Part shown: piece by piece, positions 53,560 to 63,347 of the stretch
Position numbering within the stretch: the first letter of the stretch is position 1
Layout: every line of letters starts with the position of its first letter
Made by a program: the position numbers and the translations under genes
Notes under the pieces: generated by a model
What the model saw: the letters and a program-made list of their open reading frames with translations, nothing else
Told to the model about the DNA's origin: nothing
The model's database searches: none
Source: Opitutales bacterium
Lineage (GTDB): Bacteria; Verrucomicrobiota; Verrucomicrobiia; Opitutales; PNEW01
Assembly (NCBI GenBank): GCA_965197745.1
Contig: CBDANS010000006.1
Coordinates: forward strand, 544,001-608,000
Direction of reading: 5' to 3'
DNA: 64,000 nt

Positions 53560-53970
53560 CAGCCTCTGCATGGAAGATCTTAGTGAGAAAGAAGTCTTTT
53601 ATGTTAGCTCGAGACCTGCAACAGCGGCGCTAAGCTACCGAGTGCAGTAGCCCACCTGTCGTCCATAGCCACGTCGCAACGCTCCTCGCAATGACAAGTG
53701 AGAAAAAAGTCTATTTCTGCTTTACCGCTTACACACATTACCGCATATCCACATTCACCCTTACTCCCTTTTACCCATATCCACTTTACCTGGAGGACCA
53801 TGCTCCGTCATGGCCGTTAGGTGTTCGGTAAAGAACGGAAAATACACGGACGCGACGACGCGCGTCCCTCCATTATTTACATTCCCGCATTTCCACTTGT
53901 TCGCTTACACCCGTAACCGTGTTCCAGCTTTACCGCTTACACGCATTTTCGCGTATTCGCTTATCCCCTA
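53560..53970. repeat. REP-like cluster duplicating ~51965-52150 and ~47755-47800
   Basis: Near-identical ~190 bp block beginning agccacgtcgcaacgctcctcgcaatgac. Confidence 0.82.
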
Positions 53971-54348
53971 TTATTGATCAACTCGAGTATAGAAATTAAT
54001 AAGGTTACCGTCTGGATCACGAAACCAGATTGAACGATTTCCCCATTCCTGGGTCGTTGGTGGTTTAACCCACTCGATATTTAATTTCATTAAGCGTTCA
54101 TATTCTTTATCAACGTCCTCTACTAGAAATTGCAGGGAAACACACCTGTTGGTGGCTGGTATTGAAGAGCCTTTAACCCTTTCGTCCTGGGCTTTAAAAC
54201 TATATAAAGCCAGTATCCCTCCCTCGGTATGAAACTCTACATAGATTGAACCTTCCCCACTATCCGGTTCAATTTTGAGGACTTCCCTGTAAAATGCCCT
54301 TAATCGATCAACATCATGGGTAGTTATACAACTGTGCGTGAATTTCAT
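53971..54348 (-). CDS. VOC/glyoxalase family protein
   Basis: LRAFYREVL...WGNRSIWFRDPDGNLI. Confidence 0.87.
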   Translation of the reverse strand: MKFTHSCITTHDVDRLRAFYREVLKIEPDSGEGSIYVEFHTEGGILALYSFKAQDERVKGSSIPATNRCVSLQFLVEDVDKEYERLMKLNIEWVKPPTTQEWGNRSIWFRDPDGNLINFYTRVDQ

Positions 54349-54352
54349 AAAA

Positions 54353-57079
54353 TCAGTTCGTGTCACCCATTGATCTTATTAACTGTCTTTCTAAAAGATC
54401 ACTGAAGTTGCTCTCTAAAACTCTGAAACTTTCTGGATTAGTTTTGGTCGATTGAGTGTAGTCCCACATCGTCCAAAAGGGTATTCCAATGGTATAGATT
54501 CGATCAGGGTCGATCTGGTCTGATTCGGGACCAAAAAAGAATTTCAGTTTCTGTCTTCTCTTTTGTTCTTTAAAATACTCCTGTTGTTTTGTAATTTCAA
54601 CGCCGCTCAAGTTGATAACACCTAAACGCGAAGTATAAGCATCGGAATAGGCCATTACATCCATGAGACGCGTCTCCCCCGCGGCCCAAGAGGGCAGGAA
54701 TTCATTATCATTCACCGAATCAAGAACATAGTCTGCTCCTGTCCCCATTTGAATAGCTTTTTTCATTGCGATGTCAAAACCTTCCAAAGAACATAAATTG
54801 TCCGATAACTTTGGCGATTGACGATATCCCGCTTCCCAGCTCCATCGGCTATTGAAATTGCGCCCGGCCACGCGTTGATTTTTATGCGCGTTGAACAGTT
54901 GAAAGTCTTCAGCCCCTACGGCCCACCCTTGATGTCTCAACAGGGGTAGACCCGATCGATAAAAATCTTTCTCATTTGAAGCCAGCCAATAAATAAGCCG
55001 TTTCGGATTGAGTGGATTATAATAAAGCAGGCCCAGCCCTCGATCCGTAAAGTTCCAGGACACTTCATCGCTTGACGCAATCTTCCCATTGGTCAGGGAA
55101 ACAGGGAGGTCGTTGGCAAGACGGGCGACAATACTATTCTGGACTGCCGTTCCAATGAGTATCAGGTTATAGCGACTGATATCGCCTTCGGTTACATCCG
55201 TGTCCGGTTTCCCCGGCAACAGGCTATACTGCATTTGCCGGTCATATTGATCGGTCCAATTTGGATTGGGTGTGGCACGCGCCAGTTGAGCAAGATCCCT
55301 TATTTTTTCATTAACTTCATCCCCTCCATTCGTGCCCCAGACGACCATAAGCGGCTCTCCATGATAAAGCGCTGTAGCGCCTCCCGGGAAATGCAATCGT
55401 TCTTTTGGCAGTTTCGGTGAATGGGGATCGACGATCCACTTATTGTTCTTCCGATAGATAAACAGCTTATTGGGTAGTGGTGATTGAACCGTGCCTATTT
55501 GCTGCCCTTCAATGACAATCATCAGCGGTTTGTTTTGATCAATAGGGGAGGAAGCTATGTTGAGGGTAAGAGCTCCAACGTTATCAAAGTTGAGATAAAG
55601 GGTGTTATCATTACCGAGACTTAATTTGAAAGAAGGATAACTTCTCTTCGGTCCCCACTCGAGGATACTGGCCCACCACGCTCCATGGGATAGACCATCC
55701 ATTGCCGTAAAATGAATATTTCTAACTTGTGATGAACGGGTCTGACGTTTAACCCAATGAAGCGAGCGGATACTGGCTTCTGTATTACCCATAACTGCGT
55801 GCCCATCACCGTGTGTCTCGTCCCAGGTAACTTTTGCTCCCAATTGACTTAGCCGTTGCATGGCATTGCGCGAATTGGACATGGGAACCAGGAAATCATC
55901 ATCGCTATGCAACAGGTATAAAGGCACGTTTTTCATATTACCAAGGGGAAGATCTTCATTATAACCGGCCCAAATACGCCCCGATGAGAATTTATCGGGG
56001 AAACGGGCAATAAGGCTAAACGTACCTCCACCTCCCATGCTATTACCACCAAGATGTATCCTGTTTTCATCTATATTCCAGTTTTTGGTTACATAATCTA
56101 TGGCCTCCAGCACATCCACTTCAGATAAACCATTAAAACCAGACCGTGGTCCGCGACCCCAAACTGCTATCTGCAGGGCATCTTCATCGAAGATATTCGG
56201 ATCGCCAATTTTACTGATGAGGTAAGACTCTCCGGATCCATGTAAATCTATATAAAGGGGCCACGTTTTATTGGCGTCATAATCGGGAGGGATGTAAATC
56301 ATCATCGGTTGCAGGGTGCCATCAATCTCTGATCGATAAGCTATTTCTCCTTTGCCTCGCATCTTCGACAAATCTGCAGTGTTGTAATGCAATCCTTCCG
56401 GGACTTGAACAACGCGCTTCGAGGCGGGTTTTGTCGTGAATAGCTCGACGGCGAAACCCCAGGCGTGCACGGCCTGATCGGATTTTAAGAGTATCGAGTT
56501 CAGTCCTTTGTCTAAAGTTATTTCAAAACGATCCTCCCATGGCATCAGACCCCGCCGTTCCTGCCAGAGTGAGTGAACAAGTTCGCCGTTTACCCAGACC
56601 CTGACGCCATCGTTCGATCCAATATGGCAGTAAACAGTCTGCTTTTCATCTGATCTAACGCGGCAAAAAGCGTAGCCCACTTTGTAAGTCGATTTTGGAT
56701 AATAATTGATCATGTTTACCTGTCCCGTCCAATTCGTATCAATTAATTGAGGGGATACCGTCGTAGTATTTCCTTTATCGACTTTATAGGATACTTGTTT
56801 AACCCGTTTCCAGACTGGTTTAGTTTCTCCTCCCAGATCAGTCAGGTAGTCATGGTGAAATCCTCCCCGGGTTGCTCCATCGGGAGTTTCCGGTTTCTCC
56901 ATCATCTCATTGGGGAATGGTCCAAGAATAACCCAGTCTTTTACTGCCGCACCTTCATCGAGCGTATTGATTGGCACACCCATTGCGACCGCAGATCGAG
57001 CGTAGAGGCCGGGCAGCAATAAAAATATCAGGGTATACCCGATGCCGAGTGTCTTAAGGTGTTTTATAATGTAATTCAT
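54353..57079 (-). CDS. Large secreted esterase/peptidase-type alpha/beta hydrolase
   Basis: Signal peptide, DWVILGPF and GSNDGVRVWVNG beta domain, LHG, GNSMGG nucleophile. Confidence 0.8.
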   Translation of the reverse strand: MNYIIKHLKTLGIGYTLIFLLLPGLYARSAVAMGVPINTLDEGAAVKDWVILGPFPNEMMEKPETPDGATRGGFHHDYLTDLGGETKPVWKRVKQVSYKVDKGNTTTVSPQLIDTNWTGQVNMINYYPKSTYKVGYAFCRVRSDEKQTVYCHIGSNDGVRVWVNGELVHSLWQERRGLMPWEDRFEITLDKGLNSILLKSDQAVHAWGFAVELFTTKPASKRVVQVPEGLHYNTADLSKMRGKGEIAYRSEIDGTLQPMMIYIPPDYDANKTWPLYIDLHGSGESYLISKIGDPNIFDEDALQIAVWGRGPRSGFNGLSEVDVLEAIDYVTKNWNIDENRIHLGGNSMGGGGTFSLIARFPDKFSSGRIWAGYNEDLPLGNMKNVPLYLLHSDDDFLVPMSNSRNAMQRLSQLGAKVTWDETHGDGHAVMGNTEASIRSLHWVKRQTRSSQVRNIHFTAMDGLSHGAWWASILEWGPKRSYPSFKLSLGNDNTLYLNFDNVGALTLNIASSPIDQNKPLMIVIEGQQIGTVQSPLPNKLFIYRKNNKWIVDPHSPKLPKERLHFPGGATALYHGEPLMVVWGTNGGDEVNEKIRDLAQLARATPNPNWTDQYDRQMQYSLLPGKPDTDVTEGDISRYNLILIGTAVQNSIVARLANDLPVSLTNGKIASSDEVSWNFTDRGLGLLYYNPLNPKRLIYWLASNEKDFYRSGLPLLRHQGWAVGAEDFQLFNAHKNQRVAGRNFNSRWSWEAGYRQSPKLSDNLCSLEGFDIAMKKAIQMGTGADYVLDSVNDNEFLPSWAAGETRLMDVMAYSDAYTSRLGVINLSGVEITKQQEYFKEQKRRQKLKFFFGPESDQIDPDRIYTIGIPFWTMWDYTQSTKTNPESFRVLESNFSDLLERQLIRSMGDTN

Positions 57080-57089
57080 GGGGGGGATT

Positions 57090-57590
57090 TTATTTTTTAA
57101 TTAACGCAATTTTTTCACTGTGTTCTGTGATAAACCAGTCATCAAGGAGATCAAGGTATTTGATCTGTAATTCCGACGGAAGGGCGAAATATCCGGAGAC
57201 AATAGTTTTTCTGCATATATTACACCCACAGTTGCATGACCACACTTCACCATCATGGCAATTGATACAATAATCATAGGTGATTTCTTCATCTATGGTT
57301 ATATCGCATAAAGCAATTAACTGACGATATCCTGCTATAGTTTTCACATAAGTATTAGGATCACAGCTGTGATTAATGTGTCTTTCAGGTGATTGCATGA
57401 GGATTACTTTACCACCGGCTAAATAGTCGCAATGGTATACATGCTCTCCACGTTCAGGCTTTAATGGGTTATCGTCATTAACAATCCTGGAGTCATCAAT
57501 CTGAAGCACGTAATCACCCGATTTAAATTCACATAAGGAGAATACGCCCGAACCGTGAATCTTTGAATTCTTTACGCACACATTCGTCAT
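57090..57590 (-). CDS. SET domain protein
   Basis: SKIHGSG, INHSCDPN, EEITYDY and post-SET CNCG...CR. Confidence 0.88.
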   Translation of the reverse strand: MTNVCVKNSKIHGSGVFSLCEFKSGDYVLQIDDSRIVNDDNPLKPERGEHVYHCDYLAGGKVILMQSPERHINHSCDPNTYVKTIAGYRQLIALCDITIDEEITYDYCINCHDGEVWSCNCGCNICRKTIVSGYFALPSELQIKYLDLLDDWFITEHSEKIALIKK

Positions 57591-57597
57591 CGATGTC

Positions 57598-58665
57598 CTA
57601 ATTATGGGAGTCCAAATCAAATACTTTTTTGTGCATTAACTCGTTTATTTCTTTTAAACCGGCACTTGTTTTCAATTGATCGACCTGTCTATTAAGCACA
57701 CGTGAAAATTTACACATATCTCTCAGCTGATCCAAATTTGACCAAACAAACAAATCAGCCAATATAGACAGCTCTTCATCGGTGAAAGGATAACGCTTGT
57801 GATAAGCCACCAGGAAATGCTTCTGCTGATCAAGGCTTAGTGTCTTAGCACTGTCTGGCTCGGGTGAACTGATAATTCCAAAACAAACATCTATCAGTCG
57901 TTCAGCATACCCCGTTTGATCAAAATCAATGATTCCGGTTATTTTATCATTTTCCTCCAATACATGGCATAATCGAAAATCACCATGGATAATAGTTTTC
58001 TTGAACCCCACCCCGGCTATTGCCTCAAGCTGATTCTCAAGATGTTGAAAGGCATTTGCTAACAGGTTGACCTCGTGAGAACTGAACAAATCATCAAAGG
58101 CTGATAGATCACTCTGAATTTTCGGAAGTGCATTGCGTATCTGTTCTGGAATGGTAAATCGTGAGGTATCGCTGCTTATACTCCTGGAATGACTGTCAAG
58201 ATATTCTTCTCCAAGGCTATGATATTCAGCCATCACCCTCGCAAAATTCTCAACTTGACGTTCAGTATTGCCGGTCACTGGCTTACCCGGCATAGCCGTC
58301 ATGATATAGGTAACATTGTAAGGGGTATTATCTAAGAGAGAAAAGTATGCCTCGCCATTCTTAGTATTAAGTATCTCAGGTAGTGGCAGACCTTTATCAC
58401 GAAGAAATGATGCTACACTGACAAAAGCCACGGGATCGGAAATTCCATCGGATGTAAACTTAAGATAAAAATTACCCCGTTGAGTATTAATTTTTAAGCA
58501 CATTCCATAAGCAGTGTGTAAGGAATCAAAATGATTCACGATTAAGCCATAGGTTTGATCGAGCTGCTCTGTTACACGCTCTTGCAATTCATCGATTGAA
58601 CTTATTCCATATACTTTGGATAGTTCATTATCGACGTTTTTACCATAGGGAGAAATGATATCCAT
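57598..58665 (-). CDS. Aminoglycoside/homoserine kinase type II-like phosphotransferase
   Basis: IHGDF...GIIDFD. Confidence 0.82.
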   Translation of the reverse strand: MDIISPYGKNVDNELSKVYGISSIDELQERVTEQLDQTYGLIVNHFDSLHTAYGMCLKINTQRGNFYLKFTSDGISDPVAFVSVASFLRDKGLPLPEILNTKNGEAYFSLLDNTPYNVTYIMTAMPGKPVTGNTERQVENFARVMAEYHSLGEEYLDSHSRSISSDTSRFTIPEQIRNALPKIQSDLSAFDDLFSSHEVNLLANAFQHLENQLEAIAGVGFKKTIIHGDFRLCHVLEENDKITGIIDFDQTGYAERLIDVCFGIISSPEPDSAKTLSLDQQKHFLVAYHKRYPFTDEELSILADLFVWSNLDQLRDMCKFSRVLNRQVDQLKTSAGLKEINELMHKKVFDLDSHN

Positions 58666-58721
58666 CGGTGTTCAAGCGTAAACTGATCTGTGAATGCATG
58701 AAAAAGTTATTATCACTTTTA

Positions 58722-59204
58722 TTATTTTTCCGGATTCAGTTTTTTAGACATGAGGACACACTCCAGTTCCCTGCCCTCCTGCAACCTGTATCTTTCAGAC
58801 TTTTCTTGCTGGTACCCCGCTGCTGCATAGAATGAAACCGCATTGAGTGTGGAGTATAGCTTCAAACAATTTAGCGCTGACTTCCTGGCAATCGCTTCTA
58901 ATTCAGACAATATCAATGATCCCGTTCCTCTGCCAGTGTAAGCGGGATGAACATAGACGGCAGTGATCACTCGTTCCTTTAATATAATGCCGCCAAACCC
59001 AATTATTTTACCATCCACTTCCGCGACAAATAAACGCTCCCCCTGCTCCATGGCGCGAATGTAGTTTTCAGCGCGCTTTTCTCCTGACCATGCCTCTATT
59101 TCCTCGTCGGCATACCTGGCATTACATAATTCACGTATTGATTTAACGTGGACACCGCAGATTGCCCCCACATCTCCCACTTGGGCTTCCCGTATCGTTA
59201 TCAC
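58722..59204 (-). CDS. GNAT N-acetyltransferase
   Basis: VYVHPAYTGRGTG and NAVSFYAAAGY. Confidence 0.88.
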   Translation of the reverse strand: MITIREAQVGDVGAICGVHVKSIRELCNARYADEEIEAWSGEKRAENYIRAMEQGERLFVAEVDGKIIGFGGIILKERVITAVYVHPAYTGRGTGSLILSELEAIARKSALNCLKLYSTLNAVSFYAAAGYQQEKSERYRLQEGRELECVLMSKKLNPEK

Positions 59205-59941
59205 TTTTTATTCTTCATTACCGCTATAAATAGACCTCTTCCTTTCATTAACCCGTTTTTCAAAAACCTGGCCTGAAACCCGGCATCCTCGAGTATTTTC
59301 AAAAATCGATCTTTATCAAAGAGGGCTAAGTCATGTTGATCACGTAAATACTGAACACCTCGTTTCGTAGCGATCAGAAAATGAAAATCTATAATGGCTA
59401 GATTTCCTCTCTTTCTACTGACATTCATCCTGCTAATCTTACAACCATTGCCACTCTGGGTACCCCCATTGATTTGACCGTTATTGTATGTTTCTGGTGA
59501 AAAGAAAGGTTCAATGATGACGACACCTCCGGGGACCAGATGTTTGGCCATACAGGAAATGCTTTTCTTAAGATTTGTATACGTCTTTGCGTAGGCAATT
59601 GCACTGAAGAGGCAGGTAATAACATCAAATTGTTGTTTAAGATCGAAATTGATCATGTCGCCGCGATGAAATTTAACCTTCGGACATTTCTTTCGCGCCT
59701 CTTTAAGCATATAATGGTTAAAGTCTAATCCGACGATCTCATACTGGTTGCTTAAATACTTGATGTGTCCACCAGTACCACAAGCAACATCGAGGAGTTT
59801 ATTACCCGGTGATTTCTTATATTTTTTAATGAGCTCATGAATATGCTGTGACTCTAAACAATAGTCTTTCCACTGATACCAAACATCATAATACGGAGCC
59901 AGCTCAGCCCACATTTTTTCTGTTTTATGCTTATTGCTCAT
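59201..59941 (-). CDS. Class I SAM-dependent methyltransferase
   Basis: LLDVACGTG, GDM and FDVITCLFSAIAY. Confidence 0.9.
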   Translation of the reverse strand: MSNKHKTEKMWAELAPYYDVWYQWKDYCLESQHIHELIKKYKKSPGNKLLDVACGTGGHIKYLSNQYEIVGLDFNHYMLKEARKKCPKVKFHRGDMINFDLKQQFDVITCLFSAIAYAKTYTNLKKSISCMAKHLVPGGVVIIEPFFSPETYNNGQINGGTQSGNGCKISRMNVSRKRGNLAIIDFHFLIATKRGVQYLRDQHDLALFDKDRFLKILEDAGFQARFLKNGLMKGRGLFIAVMKNKK

Positions 59942-60039
59942 TAATCCTATTCATCACAAATTCACTACGGTGTCTGTTCTCTTTTATTCAGGTATCATCT
60001 CCGAATTGTTCTTCACGGATGGTTGGCGGGTTTTCCATA

Positions 60040-60705
60040 CTACCACTTTATTGGCAGGTCTAATATTTCAGTCACATGACTGACTTTCCAGTCATAAACT
60101 GGCTTCTCTTCATCGGGCCATGGTTGATTTCCCGATACCCATACCGTTGACATTCCGACATTATGAGCGCCCATGATATCAGCCCGCGGGTTGTCGCCAA
60201 TAAACAGGCATTCACCTGCGGTTGCGTCAAGTGACTCTATTATCGAGGTAAATATATCCGGATCGGGCTTATGCTTACCAAAAGCCCCGGATATAAGGTA
60301 GCAGTCAACAATATCCGCGATTCCAGAATTCAAGAGCTTTGCTTTTTGACTTAACTCAGAACCATTTGTGACCACGCCTAAACGCATCCCCTTAGCGCTG
60401 AGTGTGTTCAGCAGCGTTGTCACCCCTTCAAATAAGACGGGGGATTTCCAGGCATTACGATTAAAATCATGGAGCAGGTCATCGGATAATAGCTCAAGAT
60501 TCAGTCGGTTTACCAGCTCCTCATAGAGATCAGGCCTTGGCGTGAGACCGTGAGCGTCTAACTCCACAAATACATCGATGTAACGCGATGGATCAATACT
60601 ACTGTTATTTAATATTCGGTGATGTTGATCTTTAGCGATGTATCTTATTGAAGTTTCGCGGTCCAGGAGCGTTTCATCCAAATCAAATAGGGCTGCCTTT
60701 ATCAT
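60040..60705 (-). CDS. HAD-superfamily hydrolase
   Basis: FDLDETL, TNG, KPDP and GDNPRAD. Confidence 0.9.
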   Translation of the reverse strand: MIKAALFDLDETLLDRETSIRYIAKDQHHRILNNSSIDPSRYIDVFVELDAHGLTPRPDLYEELVNRLNLELLSDDLLHDFNRNAWKSPVLFEGVTTLLNTLSAKGMRLGVVTNGSELSQKAKLLNSGIADIVDCYLISGAFGKHKPDPDIFTSIIESLDATAGECLFIGDNPRADIMGAHNVGMSTVWVSGNQPWPDEEKPVYDWKVSHVTEILDLPIKW

Positions 60706-60721
60706 AGATCGAGATTCCGTT

Positions 60722-61445
60722 TTATATCATTTCTTTATTTCTTCTATAGGCCCCATCGATAAAAAACGGGACACAATTGCTGACATTTACCTGCCCTGCC
60801 AGTTCTATATCTCGACCCTCATTTTTAGCCAATTTTTCTTTTCCCGATCCGCAATTGTGCAGCTTTACCGCGAGTGAGGTCCTGCAATTTTCAAATAACG
60901 CTTTTGCGCCCTCGGCCTCAGGTGAAAGCGTGCCTCCAAAATGTGTAATGATCGCACCTGCTCCTGCCAAGTCCTCAAAGCAGGGTCGCAGCGAATCGTC
61001 GTCCCATCGCTCTCCGGCGGGGACCACTCCAATTTTCCAGCCAAGCTTCATCGCTGATTCCGCAACGACCCGACTATTGCGAAAGCATCCCGCAATAACC
61101 GGGGTAGAACCTGCCGCGAGGGTAATCGTAGAACCGTTTGGCGAAGGAAAGAACGAGACGTGTGATATCCGGCAAATTGACGAGCGACTCCGGAGATAAT
61201 GTGAACCCATTACGATTTTTCCTGTCGGCGACTTCCGCCTGCATTTGCTCAGCAAAGGCATAAACCCTTTCATCCCTCCAGCGATAGGGGTAGACGACCG
61301 CGCCCTTGCTTACCGCGATATCAAGACTGGTGGAGAACGAAAAAATATCGACGATCACTAGAACATCGCAATCGGGAGCGAGAACCGTAACCCCCTGTTC
61401 CCCCCATTCACAACGTATGTCGTATTCGGATTGATCAAATAACAT
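60722..61445 (-). pseudogene. 2-phosphosulfolactate phosphatase (ComB-like), single-base frameshift
   Basis: IVDIFSFST...TLSPESL..TRLVL continues as PSPNGST...GCFRN...PAGERW..EDLAGAG in another frame (~61150). Confidence 0.82.
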
Positions 61446-61464
61446 TAGTATAATTCTGAAGAGA

Positions 61465-62121
61465 TTATTGGATGATTTTATTAAATATCACAGGTAGAAA
61501 CGTATCCCAGTTATGACCATCGGGACAATAATCAATTGTATCTAAATTCTTATAGGAAGACAAAGTATCGAGCGCGAGTGCTTTAGCTCCATCCCAAAAA
61601 TTAAGATAAGACTCGTATCCACACAGGCCACTTTTTTGAGCGTAGGGTTCATCTAATATTATTTTCATATTCTTCTCTAACCATATTTCTCCACGTACCT
61701 TACCGAGCCAATCAAAATGATTTTTAATATTATCAGGCCATAAGTAGACTAATAATACTGAAATGTTCTCAAAAATTCGGTCTATTCGTAAAAGGTGTGA
61801 TTTTATATTTTCAACAGCCTCATTAAAGGTGAAATAGGTTGTTGCCATATTATTGTAAAAGTATCCGTCGATTAAATACACTTTTTGATCCGATCTGGTT
61901 AAATTCACCAATGCTTCCCATCTTTCGATAAAATCAAAAACTGGAGGGATTTCTCTATAATCCGGTGGTTCTAATAAATGATTAACATCATTAGCTAAGA
62001 ATACTTCACTATCGATTCCCCGATCAGAGAGCATTTGTTGAAGTGACTTAACCGAAGTGGTCTTCCCGGATCCGTTTATTCCATCAATAATAACAATTCG
62101 ATAATTCGGGGTCTGCTTCAT
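61465..62121 (-). CDS. P-loop kinase-like protein (related to 28106-28906)
   Basis: IDGINGSGKTT and RGEIW. Confidence 0.72.
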   Translation of the reverse strand: MKQTPNYRIVIIDGINGSGKTTSVKSLQQMLSDRGIDSEVFLANDVNHLLEPPDYREIPPVFDFIERWEALVNLTRSDQKVYLIDGYFYNNMATTYFTFNEAVENIKSHLLRIDRIFENISVLLVYLWPDNIKNHFDWLGKVRGEIWLEKNMKIILDEPYAQKSGLCGYESYLNFWDGAKALALDTLSSYKNLDTIDYCPDGHNWDTFLPVIFNKIIQ

Positions 62122-62241
62122 TATAGATTTTTTGGAGAGCAAGAGGTTTTGATAAAATAAAATATGTTACCCGATCCTGTTTGCTTCAAGCTTCAGATAT
62201 CTGCTTTCCGAAGAGTTAGTCTGAAAGTGAGCTGGGAGAGC

Positions 62242-63273
62242 TTAGTATGTCAAAAGTGCTTTCACCACTTTGCGCTGACTGATGGCTACTAAGGCGTCGT
62301 TGATTTCATCGATGGGAAAGCGATGGGTAATGAAATCATCTCCAGAGATACTGCCTTTGCGCACCCACTCGGTGAGTGTCTCTTGTGCTTCTTTCTCAAA
62401 TAACCGCGTGGGCCATTGGTGTACGAAGATGTTGTAGTTAAAGTCACCTAATGCATTCGGAACCGTAAATTCCTCAGTTCCCGCGTAAAACCCATAAACA
62501 CACATGGAGCCACCGCGCTTCAATAGTGGCAACCCCGCAGGGACGAGTTCCGGCACACCTACCGCATCTACAACGGCATCGAGTTGACGTCCTTTGCTTG
62601 CAATCTCCGGGGCGTCGCGATCATAGACATCATCAGCGCCGAAACTTTTCGCACGTTCGCGCTTCTCGGGATGTCGATCAACCAGTCCGATCCAACCGAG
62701 TCCAAATAACCGGCCTAATCTCACAAAACTTTGTCCCACGGGCCCACCACCGTAGATCAAAACGTCAACACCCGGTTTTAGATGGAAATCACGAAACGCC
62801 CCTAACACTTCGCGCCAAGTGCAAAACAAAACAGCATCTTCGGGGGAAATGTCACTAGCGACAGGAGTCTGAATCTCAAAAACTTCAACCCAGCCGTGAT
62901 CTTCATCTGCAACACCGTCTTGCACCATTGCCTCGTGATCATTTGCTAACACATACTCACAAAACCCACCCCATCCGGATTCTATACCATCCACGCCAAG
63001 ATCAAACACCAGTCCGCTGACCGCGCGTTCATCCACTTTGAAATGGCGCACTTTCGCACCGACTTCCTGAACCAGGCCGACGCTCTCATGCCCCAAGGCG
63101 AATGGAAACGCTTTCTCCATACCCGGAAAATGACCGCTAACGAGTTCGCCATCAGTTTTGTTGCAAAGGCAAGCAACTTCTGTTTTCACCAATGCCTGGT
63201 AGGGACCCGGTTTTGGAATCGGCGTGTCGACGATCTCAACCTGTTCTGGTGCGGTGACAATAACGGATTTCAC
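62242..63273 (-). CDS. Zn-binding dehydrogenase (MDR family)
   Basis: LGHESVG and GGGPVG. Confidence 0.85.
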   Translation of the reverse strand: MKSVIVTAPEQVEIVDTPIPKPGPYQALVKTEVACLCNKTDGELVSGHFPGMEKAFPFALGHESVGLVQEVGAKVRHFKVDERAVSGLVFDLGVDGIESGWGGFCEYVLANDHEAMVQDGVADEDHGWVEVFEIQTPVASDISPEDAVLFCTWREVLGAFRDFHLKPGVDVLIYGGGPVGQSFVRLGRLFGLGWIGLVDRHPEKRERAKSFGADDVYDRDAPEIASKGRQLDAVVDAVGVPELVPAGLPLLKRGGSMCVYGFYAGTEEFTVPNALGDFNYNIFVHQWPTRLFEKEAQETLTEWVRKGSISGDDFITHRFPIDEINDALVAISQRKVVKALLTY

Positions 63274-63347
63274 ACCGCTAATTCAGTTATCAATCGATGT
63301 ATTGACAAGCTTAGATCACCGAGCGAGCGGCGTGACCCTTTAGCTTC

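Noticed and set aside
54222..55620. TACCGAG/CTCGGTA matches inside CDSs (also near 11405, 28745, 31282, 50412)
   Set aside because: No hairpin core or CA-ended tail, and the host protein reads normally. These are chance heptamer matches.
63316..63340. caccgagcgagcggcgtgacc as another micro-insertion
   Set aside because: It lacks the T start and conserved tail. It could equally be an attC fragment, so it was not counted.
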